In this document: in pieces, positions 9,867 to 17,492 of the stretch
How positions within the stretch are numbered: position 1 is the first letter of the stretch
Layout: every line of letters begins with the position of its first letter
Program-made: the position numbers and the translations under genes
The notes under the pieces: generated by a model
Database searches by the model: none
Seen by the model: only the letters and a program-made list of their open reading frames with translations
Told to the model about the DNA's origin: nothing
DNA from: a virus
Taxonomy: Duplodnaviria; Caudoviricetes
Virus record (IMG/VR): IMGVR_UViG_3300033513_000030
Location: 1-38,139 of that record
Length of the DNA: 38,139 bases
Reading direction: 5' to 3' (one strand)

Positions 9867-10069
9867 TTCTTGGTCTTCCTTGCGCCCTTGAAGCGCCGCG
9901 TACTGCCAGCGGTGGGCTGGCCGTTCAGCGCCCGGATGTTCGCCAGGTGGGATGCCACCTCATGCGCGTTCATGCCAGGCACGCGGTGCGGGTCGAAGCC
10001 GGAGCGGGCGAGCAGCGCCTGCACCTGGCGCAATTCGGTCAGCTGCTGCTCAGCTCGTCGAGCTTTTTT
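9863..10069 (-). CDS. -1 frameshift extension of the tail assembly chaperone (GT-type)
   Basis: A AAA AAG at 10069-10063. The -1 frame reads KARRAEQQLTELRQVQALLARSGFD...KTKK and stops overlapping the tape measure ATG. Confidence 0.75.
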   Translation of the reverse strand, partial: KKARRAEQQLTELRQVQALLARSGFDPHRVPGMNAHEVASHLANIRALNGQPTAGSTRRFKGARKTKK

Positions 10070-10467
10070 TCCAGGTCAAGCTCCGCCCGTGTGAGGGTCT
10101 CCGCGTCACGCTCGTACAGGCCCATCAGGAGATCCACCGTGACCTTCTCCTGGGGGAGACCGTCGAACGTGACGCAGCGGGCCAGCCTCGCATAACGCAA
10201 CTCGTTTCCGGTGGCGCCGATTCCTTCCGCCCTGGCGCGCTTGAACATGCCGTTCAGCATTTTCACGATCGCATCACGCTCCAGCCCGTCGAACACCGCG
10301 TTTTCCGCCAAAATGGCGAATTGGGCCTCGGCAGCGTCAGCCGCCATCGTATCGGCTGCTGCGCAGTGGTCGCCCAGCGTTACCGGGCGCATCGTGAAGC
10401 GGCGGTAGCGCTGGCCGTCAACCAGCGCGCCGATCTGAAGGGTATCCGTGACGATCAGCTCGCTCAT
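10039..10467 (-). CDS. Tail assembly chaperone (Mu gp41-like)
   Basis: Between tube and tape measure genes; ends with a slippery site. Confidence 0.8.
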   Translation of the reverse strand: MSELIVTDTLQIGALVDGQRYRRFTMRPVTLGDHCAAADTMAADAAEAQFAILAENAVFDGLERDAIVKMLNGMFKRARAEGIGATGNELRYARLARCVTFDGLPQEKVTVDLLMGLYERDAETLTRAELDLEKKLDELSSS

Positions 10468-10838
10468 TGCGGTTCCACCATGTCAAGGCAGTAGAGGTCG
10501 ATGTCGCGCACCGCCTCGTTGTCCAGCCCGTAGCGCGCGCCCACCTGCGTCGGATTGCAGTCGCGGTAGGAGGTGCGCTTCGTGGGATTGCCGACCGGGT
10601 AGATCACGATCAGCGCGTCTTTCATTCTCGACCAGGGATATTCTCCCTGGGCCGGGGCAGGCGCCGTGACCTTGAGCGTGTAACTCTTCAGGCCCCGCGC
10701 GCTGCCCTTGGCTCGGCCCTTGCTATTCATGGTGCGCACCGGCTTGTTGCCGGTCTGGATGGTTGCGTCGAACGAGACGATGTCGATTTCCTTGCCGTCG
10801 ATCTCGCACACTACTTCGCCATCAAAGTCGATTGCCAT
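10464..10838 (-). CDS. Tail tube protein
   Basis: 124 aa, beta-rich, directly after the sheath gene. Confidence 0.8.
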   Translation of the reverse strand: MAIDFDGEVVCEIDGKEIDIVSFDATIQTGNKPVRTMNSKGRAKGSARGLKSYTLKVTAPAPAQGEYPWSRMKDALIVIYPVGNPTKRTSYRDCNPTQVGARYGLDNEAVRDIDLYCLDMVEPQ

Positions 10839-10865
10839 GTTTCAAACTCCCAGAAAGTTTAACGG

Positions 10866-12284
10866 TTACAGCACCAGGTCCAGGCGCTGCGCGATGACGT
10901 GCAGGCCGTTGACCACGTTGACCATGACGCGGATATCGTAGCGCGTCGCGTCCTGCAGGTCGTCCTGGACAAGGATGTCGGTTTGCTGCACGTTCTCCAC
11001 GATCTCCAGCTCCTGCAGCTTGAGCATCACGTCGTACACGGTGTCCTGCAGGCGCGCCTTGGTGCGCACGGACTTCTTGTCGCGGGGAAAGCGCAGGCCG
11101 ATGGTGGTTTCCAGCGAATTCGCCACGTAGTCCAGGGTGCCGATGGTGGTCCAGTCCAGCATCGAAACGTCCGCAACGTTGTTGGCGTTGGTCAGGTAGG
11201 TGGTGACGGCACGTACGACGTGCACGTCGCCGTCCTGGGTGCATCGCACCGGCGTCACGCCGGCGTGCAGCGCCGCCTCGATCTGCGTATTGCTCAACCA
11301 GTTGGCCATCGGCGGCTGGGTCAGGCCCGTCAGCGGCAGGCCGTTGAGCGGCCGAGCGGGGTCTTCCTCGCTCGCGGCCACGGAAGCCATCGCGGCGGCG
11401 ACTTCGTGCTCAGCCTCGTTGGCGCTCGGCACCAGCACTTCCAGCATACGCCCGCTGTTGACGGCGGTGGCCAGGGTGGTCGCCTGGGCATACGTCCCGG
11501 TGTGCGCGAACACGCCGCGTGCCCGGCGTTTTTCCGTTGGGCCGCTCACGTTGGTCAGGTGCGTGCGCAGGATGGTCAGGTTCGCCTGGTCGTTGAACGC
11601 GGTGATGACGATATGGTGTCCGGCCGTGTAGATGGCGGCGAGCGTATTGGTGATGTCGGGGTCGGTCGCCCCGTTCGCCATCGCCACCACGGCGGCCGCC
11701 ACGCCGCTGTTCGCGGTGATGGTGGCGGCCAGCTTGATGGCGTTGCCCAAGGTCCCCTTGTTCTTGGCGGTGATGGTCACCACCGCGCCCAGCACGGTGG
11801 CCGTCACCGGAAGGTCGGGTTGCGCCGCGATCTGCGCCTGCAAGGCGGCGGCGATGGTGTTGGCTGTGTCCCCGCTGTTGTAGGCAATGGCCGCGGACTG
11901 CGCGTTCACAGCCAGGGACAGCACGCCCGCTCCCGTGGCAGGCCCGGTGATGGTAACGGTGCCGCTCGCGGCGACAGAGGCCCCGGCATCGTCAGCCGCG
12001 ATGGCCTGCAACGACAGGTAGTTGTTGGCCTTGATGGCGGCCTTCACCATCAGGTGCGCGACGGAGCCACGCCCGAAATACGTGGCGGCGTCCTCGGCGC
12101 TGAATACGTCGGTCAGCGTATTGGCCGCGACGGTGCCGCCCGCCAGGCGCTGTCCGACGATCACGCACTTATAGAGATTGGCGGGAAGCGTGTTGACCGC
12201 CATCTTGGTGTTGAACTCGGAATAGACGCCGGGCGTCCGTATCGTCGAAGGGATTCCGTCAAAGCTGATGTTTGCGCTGGGCAT
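10866..12284 (-). CDS. Tail sheath protein (Mu gpL)
   Basis: I.F..IP..IR.PGVY.EF, FGRGS....M, DPARPL motifs. Confidence 0.95.
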   Translation of the reverse strand: MPSANISFDGIPSTIRTPGVYSEFNTKMAVNTLPANLYKCVIVGQRLAGGTVAANTLTDVFSAEDAATYFGRGSVAHLMVKAAIKANNYLSLQAIAADDAGASVAASGTVTITGPATGAGVLSLAVNAQSAAIAYNSGDTANTIAAALQAQIAAQPDLPVTATVLGAVVTITAKNKGTLGNAIKLAATITANSGVAAAVVAMANGATDPDITNTLAAIYTAGHHIVITAFNDQANLTILRTHLTNVSGPTEKRRARGVFAHTGTYAQATTLATAVNSGRMLEVLVPSANEAEHEVAAAMASVAASEEDPARPLNGLPLTGLTQPPMANWLSNTQIEAALHAGVTPVRCTQDGDVHVVRAVTTYLTNANNVADVSMLDWTTIGTLDYVANSLETTIGLRFPRDKKSVRTKARLQDTVYDVMLKLQELEIVENVQQTDILVQDDLQDATRYDIRVMVNVVNGLHVIAQRLDLVL

Positions 12285-12305
12285 GGTTGCTCCTGGTTAG
12301 TCTGA

Positions 12306-12545
12306 TCAGTTGTTACTCGGCCTCTTGGCCTTCTTGTCGGCTGCGATCGCGGCGGTATCGGCTTCGGTGTCAGCCTTCAGCTGCACGTCCCATTCGGCGT
12401 CCGTGGCTTCCACCAGGTCGCCGTCGTTGACCATGCAGCGGTAGTAGTGGCTGTCCTCGACCTCGACGAAGCGATCATCCGGGATGTAACTCTTGGGCCG
12501 GTTGTGATACGGCGCCTTGATGCCTGGTGCGGCTTTGATCTTCAT
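12306..12545 (-). CDS. Mu gp38-like (DUF2635) protein
   Basis: V.DS.YY...V.DGDLV motif; precedes sheath. Confidence 0.8.
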   Translation of the reverse strand: MKIKAAPGIKAPYHNRPKSYIPDDRFVEVEDSHYYRCMVNDGDLVEATDAEWDVQLKADTEADTAAIAADKKAKRPSNN

Positions 12546-12556
12546 TGCTTGCTCCT

Positions 12557-13171
12557 TTATGGAAGCGTTACGACACCCTGACCGTCCACGACGCCGTCGT
12601 CGGGACGCAGGTAATAATCAATTCCGACCTTGAGGAAGTCGGCTCCGGCCGGGTCGAAGTACTGGCGCGGCTGCGTCTCGACGTAGGCGGTGCGGAATTC
12701 CCGCGAAAACACGGCAACGGCCTGCCCGCCGAGCTTGGTGTTGTACAGCGTGCGGATGCGGCCTGGGCGGAACGGATTGATCTTCACGCCGCTCGATGCC
12801 AGGTCGTTGTTGAGCAACATCAGGCTCATGTCTTCCAGCATCTGGTACGCGCCCACCTCTACCAGCTGGCCTGCCACCGTTAAGCCCCGCCGTGTCGCGC
12901 GCTCTCCGCGCACGTTGCGCGCGGCGACGATCACGACGAACGTCGCTGGAGTGAGCCATTTAGCCCCAGAGCTGTTGGCCTGCTTGGGCTCTCCGCCCCC
13001 GGCGTAGGTCACCCACACCGCCGGAAACGCGCGAATCTGCTCAGCCGTTAAATCGTCCATTTCGCCACCGTAGCTCGACACCGGGGCGGCTAGCTTGTAG
13101 CCAAGTCCGGGCGTAGCGTTAACGCCCGCCTGCAACAGCGCGATCATGGCGTCCTCGATCTGGCCGATCAT
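12557..13171 (-). CDS. Mu gp37-like tail terminator (DUF1834)
   Basis: I.QIEDA, V.SYGGE.D, PAVWVTY.G motifs. Confidence 0.85.
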   Translation of the reverse strand: MIGQIEDAMIALLQAGVNATPGLGYKLAAPVSSYGGEMDDLTAEQIRAFPAVWVTYAGGGEPKQANSSGAKWLTPATFVVIVAARNVRGERATRRGLTVAGQLVEVGAYQMLEDMSLMLLNNDLASSGVKINPFRPGRIRTLYNTKLGGQAVAVFSREFRTAYVETQPRQYFDPAGADFLKVGIDYYLRPDDGVVDGQGVVTLP

Positions 13172-13587
13172 CTATTTCCCCTGGAGAACACGGGATTGGA
13201 TTCCTGCACGAACTGCACGGTGTTCGTTGGGGACGCGGCCATCCCGGCAGCATCCAGCCCGAGGGAAATCTCACCCCGCGAGATGCGCACCAGGAATTTA
13301 ACGGCGTCCTGATAGCGATTGCGGATTTCATCCGTCATCAGCGCGCTGCCGCCGCACAGCCGGTACCGCGTGATGTCGCAGGCGATACCGGAAAGCACCT
13401 TCGGCACATTACCAAGCGGCAGCATGTACTTGGGCATCAAATACGGGTCGATCTCCGCATCCGCGTCGGCCAAACCGGCGGCCAGCACCGTAGCGTCTAT
13501 GACGCCCGCGCTTGATCGGTCGGAAATGGCAATCACTTCGGCGCTGCCGAAGCGGTTGACCATGTCGGCTTGGCTGGCGTAGCTCAT
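13168..13587 (-). CDS. Mu gp36-like head-tail adaptor (DUF1320)
   Basis: MSYA...DM..RFG..E, DA.AEID.YL, CDI.RYRL motifs. Confidence 0.9.
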   Translation of the reverse strand: MSYASQADMVNRFGSAEVIAISDRSSAGVIDATVLAAGLADADAEIDPYLMPKYMLPLGNVPKVLSGIACDITRYRLCGGSALMTDEIRNRYQDAVKFLVRISRGEISLGLDAAGMAASPTNTVQFVQESNPVFSRGNR

Positions 13588-13775
13588 TACTCGGCGGCGT
13601 CGATCTCGACTTCACTCACGGCCAGCAAGGGCTCGGCCTTGAGCAGGGCGATCTGTTTTCGATCCAGGTCTTCCAGCGGGATGATGGTCGGCTCCTTGCC
13701 GAACACATAACCGGCGCGGCGGAATCCTTCACGGCTGGTGCTGATGCTGAGGGCCTTTGCTTTTTGTGCTGCCAT
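13587..13775 (-). CDS. Mu gp35/HI1506-like small head protein
   Basis: GFRRAG..F, L..EP.L.V motifs; good RBS. Confidence 0.8.
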   Translation of the reverse strand: MAAQKAKALSISTSREGFRRAGYVFGKEPTIIPLEDLDRKQIALLKAEPLLAVSEVEIDAAE

Positions 13776-13871
13776 GCTGTTCTCCTTGAATTGTTCCTAT
13801 CCCAACCTGCTCCGCGCTAATGGCGGCGCAGGGGCTACGCGCTATGGGCCAATGCCCTTCTCAAGTATCCG

Positions 13872-14798
13872 TTAAGCCACCGTGCCGTCAGAAGCGTAGG
13901 CCAGCTGCCAGAACCCGTACCCCCCGGCGGCGCGCGCCTCGGCGCCGAACTTGAACTTCTTGCGGGTGAACACGTCGTCCGCGTTCATGTCGGTCTGCTG
14001 CACGAACACGGGGGCTTTTCGCTCCTGGTACACGAACGGCTTGACCGCCTTGGTGGTGTCCAGCAGGAACCACGCGGTATCCGACGTCAAGCGCCCATCC
14101 ACCACTACCTCGACGGTTCCCTTGAAGGGATTCGCCTTTCCGTCATCGAGGCGGTCGTTGTTGGCCAGTACTCGCGCCACATCCTCCAGTGCGGGCGGCA
14201 CGAGCAGGATGCTCGGAGTTATATTCAACGGACGGCCTTCGTCATCCTTGAACTTGCGCATCGCGGTGCGCGCAACGCCCAGGCTGGCAATTGCGGCTGC
14301 CTGGCTGGCGGCGGACAGCACCTTGGTGCCCTTGTTCACCACCGAGTCGGTCGCGCCGGTGGTCGCATTTTTAACGGGATGATCCACGTCGAAGAAATAC
14401 TGGCCGTCGTAGCACAAGTTGGTGAAGCCGTTGTTGACCAGGTCGATCACGATCTCGTCCGGCAACTGCTTGGCCGATTCGCCCGCGCTTTGTGCCTGCG
14501 GCATGTAGATGCCCAGGTTGTCGTCGTCGATGTCGTTGCGATCCACCTCGACGGTGGCTTCCCAGTCGTCGTTCTTGATCGTGTACTTGAACGACTCCAG
14601 CGACTTGACCGCCTTGTCCCCGATCCACTTGCGCATGCGCGGAAACTTGGACAGCCAGGCATAATCGTTCTGTCCGGTGGTGCTCGGCACCTTCATGGCG
14701 ATCTTCTGCCAAACGCTGTCGGTTGCGGCGAAAGCGTTGTTGAAGGTGGTCTTCAGGCTGATGAAGAGCGTGGTTAAGTTTTCCTTATTGACCAACAT
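13872..14798 (-). CDS. Major capsid protein (Mu gpT)
   Basis: VPSTT..N.Y.WL..FP.MR.WIG, CYDGQYFFD.DHPV, G.GFWQLAY motifs. Confidence 0.96.
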   Translation of the reverse strand: MLVNKENLTTLFISLKTTFNNAFAATDSVWQKIAMKVPSTTGQNDYAWLSKFPRMRKWIGDKAVKSLESFKYTIKNDDWEATVEVDRNDIDDDNLGIYMPQAQSAGESAKQLPDEIVIDLVNNGFTNLCYDGQYFFDVDHPVKNATTGATDSVVNKGTKVLSAASQAAAIASLGVARTAMRKFKDDEGRPLNITPSILLVPPALEDVARVLANNDRLDDGKANPFKGTVEVVVDGRLTSDTAWFLLDTTKAVKPFVYQERKAPVFVQQTDMNADDVFTRKKFKFGAEARAAGGYGFWQLAYASDGTVA

Positions 14799-14827
14799 GG
14801 TTGGGTCTCCTGTTTAGTTGTTTCGAA

Positions 14828-15493
14828 TTACTTGAACACCGTGGCGCGGAAGGTGGCCGAAACCGCATCCACCGGCGCAACGGTGATGTTCATGGCGCGC
14901 ACCGTCACCGTGTTGGCGGCGGACACGAACCCAAAGAACACCAGCCCTGCGGCCGGGGCGGCAGGCAAGCCGATCGCGACGGAATCGCCCACTGCCGCAC
15001 CCGGAACCGCAATGGTCAGGTCGGCACTGGCAGCCGCGTTTATCGCGGGGAAATCCAGCGCTGCGGTCGCAGACAGGCTTTCGCTTTCTGCGGAACCCAC
15101 CCACACGCCGTCCGCGTCGATCTGCAGCACGAACCCTGCGGGGGAACGGGTGCCATTTGCGCTGGTACCGCCCACGGTGTAGTCGTCCACGATGAAGCAG
15201 GGCTTGCCCAGGGATGCCTGGGTAACGGCGTCCGCCCCGGAGTTGACCCACTTGAACGCCTTCCCGCGGCGCACCAGCACGGTCTTTGCGCCGTCAGCCC
15301 CGCCGGTGTTGTCCACATACTCCTCCGCGCGGCCGAAATAGGTCAGCGCGGCGGATGCGGCGCCCGGCGCTGCATAGCCGGTGGCGTTGATCGCCACCAG
15401 GGCCCCGGAATATATCTTCACGTTGGCGGCGATCGGAACCGGCACCAACTCGCCGTCCTTCATGGGGGTATTGCGGTCTGCAGCTAATGGCAT
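14828..15493 (-). CDS. Putative capsid decoration/cement protein with extra C-terminal domain
   Basis: L.ADRNTP, DNTGGADG, C.IVDD.TV, GVWV core; about 85 additional beta-rich residues. Confidence 0.7.
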   Translation of the reverse strand: MPLAADRNTPMKDGELVPVPIAANVKIYSGALVAINATGYAAPGAASAALTYFGRAEEYVDNTGGADGAKTVLVRRGKAFKWVNSGADAVTQASLGKPCFIVDDYTVGGTSANGTRSPAGFVLQIDADGVWVGSAESESLSATAALDFPAINAAASADLTIAVPGAAVGDSVAIGLPAAPAAGLVFFGFVSAANTVTVRAMNITVAPVDAVSATFRATVFK

Positions 15494-15521
15494 TTCGTTC
15501 TCCTTGATTTAGTGGACCCGA

Positions 15522-16640
15522 TTACGCTTGCGCGAGATCGAGCTTGGTCTTTTTGAAGTCTTCCGGAGACACGCCCATACTGCGGCACATCGCCATCTCG
15601 GCTTCAGACAAATCCCCTGCGGGCCGGGCTTCCGGAGGCTTGCCGCCGTTTTGCATTCCATTCAAGGCCGCAATCGGCTGCGCGGCATCCACGTGCTGCT
15701 TGAGCAATGCCAGATTCGTTTTGCCCAATTCGCGCGCCCATGCCTCTTGGGCGGGGAGCAACTTTCCGGTGGACAGCGCGGCGCTGACCACCCCGTCCAC
15801 GTCGCGCTCGGCTTTCTCATTACGCAAGTCAGCCACTTCCTGCTTGAGTTGGTTCATCACATCCACCGATACGAACCTGGACGGATCGGGCGCGGCGGAT
15901 TTCAGCCCAACAATCTCCACGCCGAGCGAAGACACGAGGTTCGCGATGCTGAAGCCAGCCGCCGCCGTGGCCACGGGCTGCGCCGATTTGATCGCGGCCA
16001 CGGCCTTCTGCAGCTCGGCCAGTACATCGTCCTTGGTGGCCATCGTGGGCAGGTTGAGCAGCCAGCGCAGCTGCTCCAGCAGATCTTCAATGTCCATACT
16101 TAACTTCTCCTTGTTGGTGGTGTCGTCGAACGTAAAACTGGCGGCGGCGCGGGCGATGACTTCGTCCATGCCATCGATTGCTGGGGTATTGGTGAGAGCG
16201 GCGGAATGCAGACCGACGATGCGGCCGGTACCCTTCGTGTAGTAAAGCACCGGCGACACGAACTTGTATTCTCCGGAACCGATGAACTCCCTCGCCCGGT
16301 CGGTCAGCTGCACCTTGGCGAACAGCCCTTCGCCCTCACGGAAGGTCAGGTCGGACCCGGTGAACCATCCGGCTGCAGGTGCGGGCTGGCCGTTTTTCTG
16401 CGCGAGCAGAGTCTGATGCTCGTAGTCGATCACGAACGGCGTCTTTCGCGCACTGCAATACGCGATCACGGCGGCGGCTGACTTCGCGTCCATAACCCAC
16501 CTCGGGGCATCACTCGGGCGACCGTCCGAGCCGCGGAACTCGCCCGCGGGCGTGAGCTGGATTTCACCGGACGCGTTGAGCGCCACGGCGAGCGCGGCGA
16601 TGCCGATGCCGGGTTGCTGGGGTTTGCGGGTTTTGTTCAT
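15522..16640 (-). CDS. Head maturation protease/scaffold (Mu gpI; internal Z start likely at 16097)
   Basis: IDYEHQT, APAAGW, Y..SPV, ALTN.PA motifs; GGAG-preceded internal ATG (MDIEDLL). Confidence 0.93.
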   Translation of the reverse strand: MNKTRKPQQPGIGIAALAVALNASGEIQLTPAGEFRGSDGRPSDAPRWVMDAKSAAAVIAYCSARKTPFVIDYEHQTLLAQKNGQPAPAAGWFTGSDLTFREGEGLFAKVQLTDRAREFIGSGEYKFVSPVLYYTKGTGRIVGLHSAALTNTPAIDGMDEVIARAAASFTFDDTTNKEKLSMDIEDLLEQLRWLLNLPTMATKDDVLAELQKAVAAIKSAQPVATAAAGFSIANLVSSLGVEIVGLKSAAPDPSRFVSVDVMNQLKQEVADLRNEKAERDVDGVVSAALSTGKLLPAQEAWARELGKTNLALLKQHVDAAQPIAALNGMQNGGKPPEARPAGDLSEAEMAMCRSMGVSPEDFKKTKLDLAQA

Positions 16641-16646
16641 GCCGCC

Positions 16647-16693
16647 ATTCTGGCGATGGCGGCGGGGAGAGTTAAGGCGGAAGGGCTTCCGCC
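16647..16693 (-). promoter_or_regulatory. Late promoter 2 (P_I-like)
   Basis: GGCGGAAGCCCTTCCGCC-TTAAC, 18 nt, CAGAAT, 6 nt, ATG of the protease. Confidence 0.8.
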
Positions 16694-16699
16694 CTAACA

Positions 16700-16910
16700 G
16701 GTGATGAGCTTTTTACACCCTATCAGACCCCCGCCAAAAATGCAAAAACGGGGCTACAGTGAATCCTGTAGTCGAGCAACGCAGAAAACAGGCCCGGCAA
16801 GACCGTTAAAGCGGCGTTAAATTCGGCGCGGATAATTTTTCGCTACATCGAGGCGCACCGGTGGGCGAAAAACGCGGAAAACGCGTTTTAAACGATTTCC
16901 GGTTTTCCGG
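16700..16910. promoter_or_regulatory. Candidate strong gyrase site (SGS) region
   Basis: Non-coding G-I interval near the genome centre, where Mu has its SGS; phased A/T tracts. Confidence 0.5.
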
Positions 16911-17375
16911 TCAGGTGCAGAGCGTGCGCAGGTAGTCGTTGACCACCCCCAGCACCCCTTCCTCGGCGGCGGGCTGGAGATCTCCCTGGGCGGTTACAGG
17001 CAGGTATTCGCGGGCGGGAATCTTGACCTTGCGCCCGCGCCCGGCCTGGCCGCCCAGGTGCTGGATGGCGGCATAGACCTTGTTGCTGCCTATGGTGGCG
17101 CTGTCGGCGTCGTGCTCCGAGGTGATGGAGGCAGCAAGGCCGCCCGCGCTGCGCTGCAGTATCTTGCCCGGCCAGGTGCCCTGTTTCTCGCGCTGGCGCT
17201 TGGTTGACGGCGCAAGTCCCATCCAGTGCGGGCGGCCCTCGGCCTCGAAGTTAGCCTCGGTCTGGCTCTCCAGCTCGGCGGCGATTGCGCGCATCAGCGG
17301 CGTGGCATTGGACAGTCCGTCCGCCACCTGCTCCAGTTCGTCCCAGGGGCCTTTTTCGATCTTGATTTCAAACAT
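16911..17375 (-). CDS. Virion morphogenesis protein (Mu gpG)
   Basis: F..EGRP.W..L, GSN..YAAIQH.GG, IPAR.YL motifs; alternative start at 17387. Confidence 0.92.
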   Translation of the reverse strand: MFEIKIEKGPWDELEQVADGLSNATPLMRAIAAELESQTEANFEAEGRPHWMGLAPSTKRQREKQGTWPGKILQRSAGGLAASITSEHDADSATIGSNKVYAAIQHLGGQAGRGRKVKIPAREYLPVTAQGDLQPAAEEGVLGVVNDYLRTLCT

Positions 17376-17390
17376 AGCCTGCCCCATAAT
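17362..17390 (+). promoter_or_regulatory. Sigma70-like promoter for the tRNA-like RNA
   Basis: TTGATT (17362-67), 17 nt, CATAAT (17385-90). Confidence 0.65.
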
Positions 17391-17413
17391 GGCCGCTGGC
17401 TCCCCAAGGGCTG

Positions 17414-17490
17414 GGCCGGCTGTCCGCCGATAGGTAATGGCTAACTGCCACCGCAGCGAAGTATGCAGGTTCGAGTCCTGCCGCCGGCCT
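17414..17490 (+). ncRNA. tRNA-like RNA with degenerate anticodon arm
   Basis: Acceptor GGCCGGC/GCCGGCC, D-arm GCC-GATAGGTAAT-GGC, CTGC-CACC-GCAG arm, canonical T-arm GCAGG-TTCGAGT-CCTGC; 77 nt; no encoded CCA. Confidence 0.72.
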
Positions 17491-17492
17491 CA

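Noticed and set aside
10899-12305. Long + strand ORFs (468 aa here; also 4879-5943, 19393-20256, 21168-22088, 32555-33712, 34199-35128)
   Set aside because: Antisense shadows of well-supported phage genes in GC-rich DNA, with no motifs.
17414-17490. Canonical functional tRNA gene
   Set aside because: No 5-bp anticodon stem with a 7-nt loop, no assignable anticodon and no encoded CCA; reported as tRNA-like only.
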